63,974 nt of DNA, filler included, from Octopus bimaculoides (GCF_001194135.2; 10 parts of 10 records of this genome joined end to end with filler, not necessarily neighbours in it); one strand, 5' to 3'; counted from the whole stretch's first letter, positions 1 through 12,465 are shown. The notes: a model not told the origin generated them from the sequence alone. Numbers and translations: made by a program.

Positions 1-80
<80 letters not shown>
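1..80. repeat. (TTA)n microsatellite, the tail or target of the adjacent Dong-like element
   Basis: Direct reading of the sequence. Confidence 0.97.
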
Positions 81-381
81 TTATGTTTGACTTTGCATTT
101 GTACAAGTTGGATCCAAGTTTCATCCAGAGACCTCAAGAGACAAGTTAGAAGTTCATGTAGGTGTTTTACCTAGGGTACCATATATTTGGATTTGTACAG
201 TTTTGTTCTTGAGAATGTTTAAGAAATCATAAGAAAATTATGTGTTTGTTTTAAAATTTGAGATCACATAGACAGTATTTTACGTAAGATATGGGCAGTT
301 CCCATGAGCACTATCTTTTGAACTTCAGCCATTTTGGGGTTTCCTGGTTTCTTTTTTGGGGTTTCCTGGGGTTTCGGAGTT
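81..381 (-). mobile_element. 5'-truncated R4/Dong-like non-LTR retrotransposon (endonuclease C-terminus plus 3'UTR) lying inside a (TAA)n tract
   Basis: Minus strand reads PGNPKMAEVQKIVLMGTAHILRKILSM* (stop 264-266), the QK..L.GTAHILRK C-terminus typical of R4/Dong-like elements. TTA repeats flank both sides (1-80 and 382-404). Confidence 0.75.
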
Positions 382-732
382 TTATTATTATTATTATTAT
401 TATTGATAAAACAGAAATTATTAATGAATTTAACGAGAAAACGTTATCGTGTTATGAAATAAACGGGGCATTATCGTGCCATAAAAAGAATATGTAAGAA
501 TGCCACAAGGGGTGACAAGTGTAGATTTACCCGAAATGCGAAATAAGAGTGACGGGGCGATCAGAGCTACATCTTTAACCATAGGTTTCCTCGATCAGTG
601 CGAGCCTATGGTTGAGCAACAAGTGAATATAAAATAAACGAATAAAACGGAAAAAAAGAAACAGAAAGAAAAAGAAAACAAAATAAGAGACGTAAGCAAA
701 ATGTATGAAAGTATATAAAAGCCCTTCCTTAC

Positions 733-847
733 CATAATCAAGACCTTTTTGCGTTATACGCGTGACTACGCCTGGGTCTCCAGCTGAGCTGGTTTTCATT
801 AGAAACAGCCCGAGAATTACGAACGAAAGAAAGACGTCGGTTAGCAT
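733..847 (-). CDS. First coding exon of an LBP/BPI-family (lipopolysaccharide-binding/bactericidal permeability-increasing) protein; remaining exons are not in the window
   Basis: ATG at 847. MLTDVFLSFVILGLFLMKTSSA is signal-peptide-like and is followed by GDPGVVTRITQKGLDY, matching the mature BPI/LBP N-terminus (human BPI VNPGVVVRISQKGLDY). Phase-1 donor G|GTAAGG at 732. Acceptor TTTTATTTTGATAAACAG| ends at 888, upstream of the ATG. Confidence 0.88.
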
Positions 848-1004
848 TTTGTAATCAGCTTCAGTGAAGTCAAGCTGTGTGTGAAGTCTGTTTATCAAAA
901 TAAAATGATCCTCTCCTTTTTATATGCCGATATCCTTTTTGTTGGTAATTACTACTACTACTACTACTACTACTACCACTAATATTACTAGTAGCAGCAG
1001 CAGC

Positions 1005-1056
<52 letters not shown>

Positions 1057-1163
1057 TGGTATTGTATTATTACTGTTGTTGTTCCTATAATGTTTATCTT
1101 GAGTGTATCTGTATATANNNNNNNNNNNNNNNNNNNNNNNNNNNNNNNNNNNNNNNNNNNNNN

Positions 1164-1196
<33 letters not shown>

Positions 1197-1406
1197 ATAT
1201 GTATGTATGTATGTATGTATGACATATTTGTGTGTGTAATTATATACACTCACATACACATTGCAATAATATGTGTATGTATGCTATTATATATCATTTT
1301 TATACACGTAATTATGTATTATACAATTGTATACACGTATACAAACACACACACACATATATACACACATATACACGTACATATATACATTAATGTGTGT
1401 GTGTGT

Positions 1407-1481
<75 letters not shown>

Positions 1482-1960
1482 GTTTGAAATCATGAAAGTG
1501 AACACGAAAAAAATCACACATACAAACAATAACAAAAGAAAATGAAAGAAAAAAGCTAATATATACTTATAATTCAGGGTTAATTATAAGACATGCACAC
1601 TGACACACACACACACAGAAACACACATATATATATACGTATTCACACAACTACATATATACTGTACACATCTTACAATCATGTGTGTGCGTGTGTGTGT
1701 TGTATTTACTGTTTCTAATTATTTTTCATTGCCAACAAGAAAATGAAAAAGAAAAGACAAAAGTGACATGGAAAAAGCAGCTCTGCAAAACACAGGTACA
1801 CACACACACACACACACAATCATACACACGCACGCACACACACAATCATACACACGCACATACACACACATACACGTACATACACACACAGATGTACATA
1901 CGTACGAGTAAGTTGATGAACATACACATGTACACATGACATGTTTGCATATATACATAT

Positions 1961-2030
<70 letters not shown>

Positions 2031-2049
2031 ATGTATGTATGTATATATG

Positions 2050-2082
<33 letters not shown>

Positions 2083-2107
2083 CTGTGTGTGTACATATAT
2101 ATATGTA

Positions 2108-2161
<54 letters not shown>

Positions 2162-2613
2162 CATGTGTGTGTATATGTCTGTGTGTACGTGTGTCTGTGA
2201 GTGCGTGTATACATACATAAAAACATAAAGATCCTCATGCACAAAAGGCAAACCAGAAACCGAATAGAAAACATGAAAGAGGATAGAAGAAAAGAAACCC
2301 AGACAAAACAGAGGTGGTGGGGAGAAGGAGGAGAGATAAGTGTGAATAAGTAAAACACAATGAAGAGAAGAGAAAAGAGAGAGAGAGACGAACAGAGAAA
2401 GTTAGAGAAAACTTAGTGTGGAAATAATACGTGAAACAAAAGTAAGAGAGGAACAAATAGAGACAGCAAAAGAGATGGAGAGAGAAGTGAGGAGAAAGAA
2501 TAAGTGAAACACATGACGAAAGAGAGATATGGAGGGGAGGTACAGGGCAAATGTAAAAGCCAAAGCAAGCCAAGAAATAAGAACTTGAGAACTCGGGAGA
2601 GAGATTAACCTAC

Positions 2614-2720
2614 CTTTAGTTAATTACAGAACCCACGGTAGCACAAGGTTAATGAATAGGAAAGAGAGATAAAACAGACCGCGACTCTACTTCGTCGTAG
2701 GGTTTCGGTATTGACGTTGG
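2614..2720 (-). other. Possible non-coding 5'UTR exon of the LBP/BPI gene (upstream boundary unknown)
   Basis: Donor AAG|GTAGGT at 2613 in unique sequence. The coding exon has an acceptor upstream of its ATG, so a leader exon is expected. Confidence 0.3.
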
Positions 2721-2810
2721 GAAGAGTGGTATACAGGAACTTATGTGTGCATGTAACATACATGCATGCATACATACATACATACACACATACATGCATA
2801 CATACATGCA

Positions 2811-2847
<37 letters not shown>

Positions 2848-2891
2848 NNNNNNNNNNNNNNNNNNNNNNNNNNNNNNNNNNNNNNNNNNNN

Positions 2892-2903
2892 TTAATTAAT
2901 TAA
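2892..2903. other. Artificial concatenation spacer TTAATTAATTAA in a 100-bp N block; also at 4937, 12794, 14416, 43909, 46984, 53547, 56843 and 61777
   Basis: Nine identical N44-12mer-N44 blocks. The 12-mer is a palindrome with stops in all six frames. Confidence 0.97.
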
Positions 2904-2947
2904 NNNNNNNNNNNNNNNNNNNNNNNNNNNNNNNNNNNNNNNNNNNN

Positions 2948-2988
<41 letters not shown>

Positions 2989-3148
2989 CTGAGTGTGCAT
3001 ATGCCTATGTGAGTGTGTTTGTATGTATGAGTGTGTATCAGGATGTGTTTTCATGTCTTTTAGCAAGCGACATACACAGAACTCCCGTATTTTTTACTCA
3101 TTTTAGTAAATCTCTCGCGATTAAGAAGAATAAAAACGTGTCTACATA

Positions 3149-3337
3149 GGCAGTGAGCTGGCAGAACCGTTAGCACGCCGGGCGAAATGCTTAGCGGTAT
3201 TTCGTCTGCCACTACGTTCTGAGTTCCAATTCTGCCGAGGTCGACTTTGCCTTTCATCCTTTCGGGGGTCGATAAATTAAGTACCAGTTACGCACTGGGG
3301 TCGATGTAATCGACTTAATCTCTTTGTCTGTCCTTGT
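3149..3337 (+). mobile_element. tRNA-derived SINE, family A (Meta/V-like core GTCGACTTTGCCTTTCATCCTTTCGGGGTCGATAAA..AAGTACCAG)
   Basis: The same sequence recurs more than ten times in the window on both strands. Confidence 0.85.
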
Positions 3338-4067
3338 NNNNNNNNNNNNNNNNNNNNNNNNNNNNNNNNNNNNNNNNNNNNNNNNNNNNNNNNNNNNNNN
3401 NNNNNNNNNNNNNNNNNNNNNNNNNNNNNNNNNNNNNNNNNNNNNNNNNNNNNNNNNNNNNNNNNNNNNNNNNNNNNNNNNNNNNNNNNNNNNNNNNNNN
3501 NNNNNNNNNNNNNNNNNNNNNNNNNNNNNNNNNNNNNNNNNNNNNNNNNNNNNNNNNNNNNNNNNNNNNNNNNNNNNNNNNNNNNNNNNNNNNNNNNNNN
3601 NNNNNNNNNNNNNNNNNNNNNNNNNNNNNNNNNNNNNNNNNNNNNNNNNNNNNNNNNNNNNNNNNNNNNNNNNNNNNNNNNNNNNNNNNNNNNNNNNNNN
3701 NNNNNNNNNNNNNNNNNNNNNNNNNNNNNNNNNNNNNNNNNNNNNNNNNNNNNNNNNNNNNNNNNNNNNNNNNNNNNNNNNNNNNNNNNNNNNNNNNNNN
3801 NNNNNNNNNNNNNNNNNNNNNNNNNNNNNNNNNNNNNNNNNNNNNNNNNNNNNNNNNNNNNNNNNNNNNNNNNNNNNNNNNNNNNNNNNNNNNNNNNNNN
3901 NNNNNNNNNNNNNNNNNNNNNNNNNNNNNNNNNNNNNNNNNNNNNNNNNNNNNNNNNNNNNNNNNNNNNNNNNNNNNNNNNNNNNNNNNNNNNNNNNNNN
4001 NNNNNNNNNNNNNNNNNNNNNNNNNNNNNNNNNNNNNNNNNNNNNNNNNNNNNNNNNNNNNNNNNNN

Positions 4068-4252
4068 AAAGGGGGTCAGCCTTGTCACACTCTGTGTCAC
4101 GCCTGAATATCCCCCGAGAACTACGCTAAGGGTGCACGTGTCTGTGGAGTGCTCAGCCACTTGCACGTTAATTTCACGAACAGGCTGTTCCGTTGATCGG
4201 ATCAACTGGAACCCTCGTCGTCGTAAGCGACGGAATGCCAACAACAACAACA
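4068..4252 (+). mobile_element. 3' half of SINE family D (same family as 19883-20238)
   Basis: Near-identical to about 20080-20238. The 5' part is lost in an N gap. Confidence 0.85.
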
Positions 4253-4860
4253 TATACAGCCATAGATTGGCTATTCTGTTCGTTCCCAATTCGATTCAGA
4301 GAAATTACACTGATAAGCCACAAAAGGGAAGTAATATCGGTATCCATTATTCCTGAATATGATAGGAGGTGAGCTGTCTTGCCTGTCTACGACTTTCAAT
4401 TGTCTTAACACCCAGCGTTGTGAGGGAATCACCACCCAAACGCGAATGCTATTCCCCAGCGAACCGGCGAATAAACGAAACACGTGTATTGAATACGTGC
4501 AGACGATACGGATTACAACATTAGCGCTGCTTCTAATTCGTTATTCAATATTAAATATACAAATAAGATTCAGTGATTCCTTTGCTTAAAACTCGGAATG
4601 CAAAGTGCCGGAAAGTATCCCGCAAAATTCGATGAGGTGACGATTGTGCCAACTGACAGCCAATAGTAACCGAGCGGATATTTATGAGTATTCTATAAAA
4701 AGGATGAAGACATATTGTCTGGAGTTAAGTGTTTAATGAAAAGAGTCCAATAATAGAATATATTGTTATAATAATAGAATATATTGTTATACATGTCGGC
4801 ACGTATATTCATATACATACATACATATATACATATATACACACAAACATCTATATAAAT

Positions 4861-4892
<32 letters not shown>

Positions 4893-5041
4893 NNNNNNNN
4901 NNNNNNNNNNNNNNNNNNNNNNNNNNNNNNNNNNNNTTAATTAATTAANNNNNNNNNNNNNNNNNNNNNNNNNNNNNNNNNNNNNNNNNNNNAAGGAGGA
5001 TGGGACAGAAGGGTATAGCAGTGAAGTAGAGGCCAGGACAG

Positions 5042-5223
5042 ATGTTGTATGGTATGTTGGTGGCTCTACTAATCCTTGTATGTATTGCTATTGTACTGTA
5101 CGTACTACGGGAGAAGATATCAGAGCGAAGGCACGAGTCATACAAAAAGAATATGGGAGGCTCCAAGGCCCATATTGACAATTCCTCAGACTTCCGTGAT
5201 GATATTGGTTACATCAACGATGG
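5042..5223 (+). CDS. Candidate exon encoding a single transmembrane helix and a basic cytosolic segment (unidentified)
   Basis: MLYGMLVALLILVCIAIVLYVL-REKISERRHESYKKN...DFRDDIGYINDG ends at a consensus donor GG|GTGAGT (5224). It is GC-richer unique sequence at a scaffold start. Confidence 0.45.
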
Positions 5224-5460
5224 GTGAGTAACAGAACTGCTTTACTTTGTCTTCTGTTTGTTTTACTATATTTGTCTTGTTCTCTTCTTTCATCTGTCTG
5301 TCTTTGTCTCACTTTGATGTGTATCACTCTGTCATGTACACACATACACATATGTATAAATATTTCTGTATGTCCACATGTTTACCCATATATATGTGCG
5401 TGTGTCTGTGTGTGTATTGATATATATGTAAAGGTACACAAATATATTCATTGCTCTATA

Positions 5461-5494
<34 letters not shown>

Positions 5495-5811
5495 AATTCA
5501 AATTACGACAAACGTAAATAAACAAACGAAGTTTGCTTTTAGAAGCATTGAGATGTCTTAGAAAGTTAAAGAAGTGATTTTAAATTCTCAAATGCAGGAT
5601 AATGCTAATAATATAGCCTGAACAGGATAAGATACCCCTATTTTGCAGAAAAAAGTGTAGGTGGCTAGCTGCATATATATATATATATATATATAGGTGT
5701 GTGAAACATTTGAGTATGTTTAAACATTATCATTTGCTGTGCTATTAAAAAAACCTGGATTTTCTTTTATTTAGGGTTAGGGTTCTTAGTATTCTTAGTA
5801 ACAATAAGCAT

Positions 5812-6170
5812 GTGTGTGCGTGGCTGTGATAAGAAGCTTGCTCGCCAACCAGTCACACTGGGTTCAGTCACACTGTGTGGCACTCTGGGCAAGTGTCTTC
5901 TAATATAGCCTCAGGCTGAGCAGAGCCTTATGAGTGGATTTGGTTGGTGGAAACTGAAAGAAGCCTGTGTGTGTCTTTGTCGCCCCTATCACTGCTTGAA
6001 CAACCAGTGTTAGTGTGTTTACATCCCTGTAACTTAGTGGTTCAAAAGAAGAGATCGATAGAATGAGTACTAGGCTTAAAAAATAAGTCCTGGGGGTTGA
6101 TTTGTTCAAGGTGGTGCTCCAGCATGGCCACAGTCAAATGACTGAAACAAGTAAAAGAATAAAAGAATAC
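5812..6170 (+). mobile_element. SINE family B (tRNA-like head, CORE-like CTGGGCAAGTGTCTTCT, CAGCATGGCCACAGTCAAATGACTGAAAC tail)
   Basis: Multi-copy in the window (about 15080, 27905, 48860, 51645, 57290, 60790). Confidence 0.8.
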
Positions 6171-6254
6171 ATATATATATATACAATTATAAACAAGGGG
6201 GAAAAAAAGATTTCAATCACCATATACAACATGCATTTACTATGAATACACATA

Positions 6255-7620
6255 GTGCTGAAATCGAGCAGGCTCTGTAGTGACAACCATGACTTTGAGA
6301 CTCAGTTTCAACTCATGGCTCGCCACTTCATCCTTCATGGAGATTCCCTCACCACTATCTGCCCTTGCCAGAGCATGTTTCGTGGACTGGGCCTCTGCTC
6401 TCTCTCCCTGCACCTGCTCTGCCGTTACCCATCTCCTGTTTCCCCTCAGCTACCACCCCTCCACCCTGCCTTTGCAATGCACCATTCTCTGAGCCTTCCG
6501 GCAACTCCAGTCCGACCCCTCCACTTTGTACATCTTCCGCAACTTACCCCTCCCCTCCATCAAATGAGCCCACAATCTACATGACCTCCTGGTCCACAGT
6601 TTCTTCTTTAACCCCACCTCCCAACTGTGCCATTCCCCTGCTCCTGCCCATGAAGTCACACTTGCCCCTATCTCTGCAACACCACCATCCTCAAAGGCAC
6701 CAATCATCATCCCTATCACATCACTGACTCCTTTACATCCATTCCTAGCAACATCATTTACTGCATTACCTGCTCTTTCTGTCCTCCTCTGTACATTGGT
6801 GAAACGGGGTGCCGCTTGGCTGACCAGTTCGCGGAGCACCTCCAAGATATTAAACTCAGTAACGACACCCGAGTCTCATGCCATTTCCGCTCTACCGGCC
6901 ATTCATTACAACACCTGTGTGTGTTTGGATTGTCTTGTCACAGGAGCCATCCGGATTCCTGCCTTTGCTGTGAACAGGAATTAATCTTCTCTCTTCGCTC
7001 CTTTGCGCCACATGGGCTTAACTCCCCTCTTCATCTGACTCCTCTCTTTATCTCACACTTACTTTCTCTCTTCACTCCTACTCACCTCTCCATGCTTCTC
7101 TTGCCTCGACACCTATTTCTTCTCTTCACTCCTACCCACCTTCTCCATTCAATGTTACCCCCTCCATCCCCACCCCACCCCTACACATTCTCACCCCAAA
7201 CCCAGACCTAACTCTCGCATTCTCACACACCTGCACCGCCACACCACATTACACCACCCCACACACACTAGCAGTGACCACTTCCTAGGACTCAGTGTGA
7301 TCCACACACCCACACATTACAGACGCACACATCCACACGTCAAGATCACCAGACCCCATCCTCATGCACACACTTACACACATATGCACCTTCTTTTTGG
7401 GATCATCAGATCTGTATTATCTTCCCTTCTTCCTAGCTCTCCTGTTTAACTACCTCTGTCCAGCCAGCCGCCATGATTGACCGCTAGACCCTAAAGCTTC
7501 TTTTGTTTTCCCTCTAGTTATTTCCTTGTGTTCCTTTCTGTTGAAGAGCGTAGGCTCGAAACAAAAGACTTCCTCACCTTCTTGAGTGTTAAACTAATAC
7601 ACTTGTCTCCGTCATTTTCT
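6255..7620 (+). mobile_element. Decayed Penelope-like retroelement: RT C-terminal remnant, GIY-YIG endonuclease and CT-rich 3' region
   Basis: From about 6750: NIIYCITCSFCPPLYIGETGCRLADQFAEHLQDIK...CHFRSTGHSLQHLCVFGL...EQELIFSLRSFAPHGLNS. Upstream SRLCSDNHDFETQFQLMARHFILHG resembles the Penelope RT thumb/linker. Frameshifted. Confidence 0.9.
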
Positions 7621-7644
7621 GTAAATTCCAACTATATCTATCTA

Positions 7645-7696
<52 letters not shown>

Positions 7697-7741
7697 CATA
7701 TATATATATATATATACACATATATATACAAACACATATAT

Positions 7742-7776
<35 letters not shown>

Positions 7777-7819
7777 CACACACACATATATATACATATA
7801 TATATACAGTGAGACTGAT

Positions 7820-9230
7820 GCCATTGATGTTTCCCTTACACTTTTGGAAGTCAACAAAAACTATATGAGGTTAGAAAGAATGCATGAAGGCCAACATTTT
7901 GAGAAGGAAGGCCTGAGTGTAGTGATTCATGCAGAGCCTTGGGGAGTTGGCCATAAAAAAAGGATGATGAGAGGTGGGGAGATGAGAGAGACAGGAATGC
8001 TTCAATGGAGATGGCATCAACGGAGCTATCTTAAAAGAGATGAGGCCATTATAGTAGAAGCCACATTTCATGCCAGCTCCATTGTCTCTTATTTTAATTC
8101 ATTTTTTCACTTTGTTTGTTTCTTTTACCCTTCGCTCCCTTCCTTGTTTCTCTCAGTACTTTCTTTACTTTCTATGATTCCCTTTCCTTTCTATTTTTCC
8201 AATTGTTAAATTGATGGTTCTACTTGTTGAGCTGATGGTATCTAAGGAACATATGAAGGAGGAAAAGCCAGCACACTCCGATGTCTGGTCTTCACTTAAA
8301 TTCTATAGAGTGTCAATAGCTTTTGGGTGCATAAGTATTTTCTGGCTCTGAAGAGAAGGGCAATCATTGGGATGTGGTCCTAACTATGTTAAGGATGTGC
8401 TTTTACCAAGAGAGAATCTTGGTAATTGTAAAGCCCCAACAAGTGAAGTAATTTTGAGAACTCTAGCAGTGAGCTTCTCATGATTAAAAGGTATGTGCTG
8501 TAATGGTGTTTTCTTGATATGTATAGCATTTATGTTTCTTTTCTTGTTGAAAGAGACAAGGTTGGTATTTCCTCATTCAAGGATTCTTTTCTGGTCTCTA
8601 TTCATGGAGTCAGTGTATGTTTGGCATGTGGACTCTAGATTGCAAGTGAACAATGCATGGTTGGAGAATATTAGGAAGAAATAAAGGGTAGTGTCACTTG
8701 TTTAAGAGTGGGTGTTGTTGGATGCAACAGTAAGTCACAGCTGTAGAGAAGGAACAGAGTAGGTAACAAAGTGAGCCCTGGGGCACACCAGATTAGACAA
8801 AATGAGGGACAGAGTGTTCTATCAATACTTGCAGCAACAGAGTGATTTGACAGGAAGCTGCCAATTCAAAAGATGAGAGAAGTTCATACATAAGAAGTTT
8901 CAATGGGAAGATTGATTTGCCAGACATAGTTGAAAGGTTAAGTGTGACAACATTGCTTTTACCAAAATTTTTCTAAATACTCTTCTCTATCATCTATCTA
9001 CTTATGGATTATAGAAGAAGGTAGTTGTATAGATTAGGTTTGGAAGTGAGAAAGAACTAAAAAAAGATGTTTAGAATGTCAATCTGGGACCTATGTAGAG
9101 GATGAGACAAGTTCATGTAAAAAGTTGAGCTGTGCAAAAAGATTCTGTTTCAGCACTGGCAACATTAGGGGAGGCAGAGTGAGGGAACCTAAAGGAGTTG
9201 TGCATGTTGAAGTCACCAAAGATAGTGAGT
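7820..9230 (-). mobile_element. Degraded LINE (CR1/L2/Jockey-like) RT and 3' region
   Basis: Minus-strand SGVPQGS motif at about 8773-8793, with many stops and frameshifts. Confidence 0.6.
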
Positions 9231-11299
9231 TAAGAAAAGTCTAAAATTTGTTCCCAATATCTTGAACTTCTTGTAGGAATATTTTCCTGTATATGTACAT
9301 ACACACACACACACATATATATACATACATACATACATATCTTTATACATAAGTAAATATACATACACACACTCACACATATATATACATATATATAGTA
9401 TTAATTGATAAGAGATGGATTTTGTATTAGACTAATAAAAGTCTAATACAAAATCCATCTTCTACTATCAATTAATATTATTACCCTAACTGCCACTATG
9501 AAGTTCCTGAAGTAAATGCAACAGAAGTGTATCACAACTGCGGATGACAACAGGTAGTTTAAACTGTGCCGGTTCTCTACTCAGCATTTAAACACACTAA
9601 TCTAATTATATGTATTTGCCTAAATTTTCTATTTTATATATATATATGCACATACACATATACATACATACATACGTATATTCATTCTACAGTTAGCTTA
9701 ATATATTTTACCTCTATATATAACTTACTTCAGGGGTTCTTATGGCTTTCAGAAGTTTAACAGTTCTTATATGCAAACCAAATCATCTGATACTTTATAT
9801 ATGATATAATTTAGTTTGTCATTCCTGCCCAACTACTAATAATTAACAAGACTCTTATTAAGAATATTATAAATATAATTTTATAGTAGGTCTTCCTTTT
9901 TATCAAAATAAATGTACACACTTTTTTTGACATTTATATTCACACATGAACACACATATATAGTTAAAATTTTTCCCCACAAATTCCAATTGCCACAGTA
10001 CTGCTCATTAGAATAAAGTTATTTAATTAGCTACCTGAATTATATTACAGTATCATTTCTTCTTTGATCAAGTGCTGATCTATATATTTACTAAACATCT
10101 TTAACATTTTTTACTATTTCCTTGCACTCTTCCCTGCCTAAACTTTTCTTTCACCAACCTATGATAACTGCAATTATTATTATTGTTTTTTTTTGACATT
10201 TAAACCATTTCTTTAGTTCACTACTTTCCATAGAATATATATTATTCGTCTTCATTTTTGTAACAAGCATAAAGCTCATACACAAGCCCATCTTTTAATG
10301 AAGCTTCCGTTTTGACTTACAATATTAGAATATTTGAAATTGAAGCTTTCCGTGAACAAGCTAATAGGCAAAACTTGAAGTTCACTTCATGTGGAACTTT
10401 ATGCTGTGTTCCAATGGTTGCTTTGCTATGGTTTCTAAGGCTGGATGTCCTTTCTAATACCAACTTTACAGATTGTACAGGGCACTTCTTTCATGATACC
10501 AGCACTAGTGAGGTGCCATATAACTTGCAAGACTAAGAGCCCTTTGACTAAGTGAGCCAGCAGTAGAGGGAGAGAGAGGTGGCTTTAGACGAGAAGATGA
10601 TAGGTCAAAGTAGGAAAGAAAGGGTCAGAATAGGTTTCTTGCAGTATAAGATATACATGGTTACTCAAAAAATAAAAAAGTGGGTGGGAATAATTAGATG
10701 GAGCTAAAAAGAGAGATAAAGATGGTAGTGATGAAGTGTCAAAATGAGCCCTCAAGGCACAAGAAAGTGAATAGAAATGAGTGGGGACAAAAGAAGAAGA
10801 AAGGTCTGTAGATTTTGCAAAAGTGTATAAGAAGAGGAATGAAGAGCTAGAGATGAGAGTGAATATGATGAATGATGAACAAGAGTTGAGGGATTGTTGG
10901 TAATAAATGAGCTTCAGGGTAGGTAAGAGAGAATAAATGATGGCTGGAAAGATTGCATGAGAGATGGATGTAAGGGATGGTGATCAAAGGCAAAAGGGTG
11001 ATTGATAATACATGAGTAGAATACATGAGTAGAATGGAAGGTAGGGGAGATTAAGTGATGACTGGTAATACAGAAAGAGGTGAAGAGTAGAACAGTAATA
11101 ATAATACAATAGGTAGAAGAAGGATGAGAGATGGTGAGATGATATGTGGGTGGGTATGATTTGTGTCAAATATCAAAATACTGACATCATCACTGATGCT
11201 CAATACTCTGTGAACACTAAGGGCTGTAAGATATGACATGGACAACTGAAATAAAAACTACAAAACTGTGGCCAGCAGGAAGGAATATAAAAGGTGTTC

Positions 11300-12250
11300 T
11301 GACTACATCTGCATGTCAGAATTTATCCAATAGCTGCAGGACAAAGTGATAAAAGATCCGAGCAAGGGAATTTAGACTTTGGCAATAGAGATGGGTGTAA
11401 GAGTTGCTACCATGAAGCTGGCCATGAATGAAAACTTTCACTACCACCCATACAAAGGGTGCAAGGGACAAATTCTGACATGCAAGGCCAAGGAGAAGCA
11501 TTAGGCAGAGGTAAAAAAAGTTGCTGAACAAGCTAAGACATCCTGTTGAGCTGGAGATGATCTGGTTCTTCTCAGATGAAAAGAACTTCTGCAGAACTAG
11601 TTGCACAACACCCAGAACAACAGGTGGCTTGCTTACAATCCAGCTGATGTCCCACATGTCATGAAAACCATGATTCTCCAAACTGTGATGGTCTTTTAGT
11701 GTGTCTCCAATGAGGGTCACGTCATGCTGCCCAATATCTTTAAGCAGGACCTTCAGCTCAATTCAGATGTCTCTGTGAATCTACTGGAGAATGTGATTAA
11801 ACCCTGGCTAGAGAGGGTTGCTGTTGGAAGGTCATATGTATGGCTACTTGCCATACTTGCAGAAAGTGTCAGAAGTGGTTGTCTGAGAATTACAATATCA
11901 CCAGACTGAATTTCTGGCCTCCTAATTCTCCTGAATGAAATTCCATGAATTACTATGTTTGAAATGCAGTTGAAAAAGACACCAACTGCTCTGCCAATAG
12001 CATTAAGGCCAAAGTAGTGACTAAGACCAAGGTGGTGTTTGAAGATCTTCCTAGGGATGCAGTGAGAAACTAAGTTCTGGAACTGTCTTGAGGCCACAAT
12101 GGAAGCTAAGGGCAGGTACCTTGAGTAAACTGTTATTTTTCCACCCATAATCTAATTGATATTTTTTGATTTTTTGAAAAATACTTTTATTTTTGGATGT
12201 AATGTTGTTTTCTTTTCCTGTTATACAGTCAAATTTAGCCTGAACACCCT
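11300..12250 (+). mobile_element. Tc1/mariner-superfamily transposase fossil (DD37D/maT-like)
   Basis: LLNKLRHPVELEMIWFFSDEKNF; SNEGHVM.P.IF.Q.L.LNSD...LLENVIKPWLERVA.GR.YVW; FWPPNSP; C-terminal LEA.MEA.GRYLE*; 3' end CACCCTG. Confidence 0.85.
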
Positions 12251-12400
12251 GCACATATGTATCATAACCATCATCAACATTTGACAGATGCTAAATGATG
12301 ATGACGTATACACACACACACAAACACACATACATATATACATATGTATATTCACACACACATATATATATACACATATGTATAGCATAGAAGGTGGTGA

Positions 12401-12465
<65 letters not shown>

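Noticed and set aside
950-1055. (CTA)n followed by (TAG)n forming a potential long hairpin
   Set aside because: Inverted microsatellite pairs are common in this sequence and show no unique structure.
870-2900. Many long ORFs rich in YI, HT, CV or poly-T/S in the ORF track
   Set aside because: They are translations of (TA)n, (CA)n, (TACA)n and (AGT)n microsatellites or run through N gaps. The same applies to all X-containing ORFs.
2892-2903. Regularly recurring TTAATTAATTAA palindrome as a CRISPR-like or recombination repeat
   Set aside because: It is always embedded in fixed-length N padding and is an artificial linker. No CRISPR array or cas gene is present.
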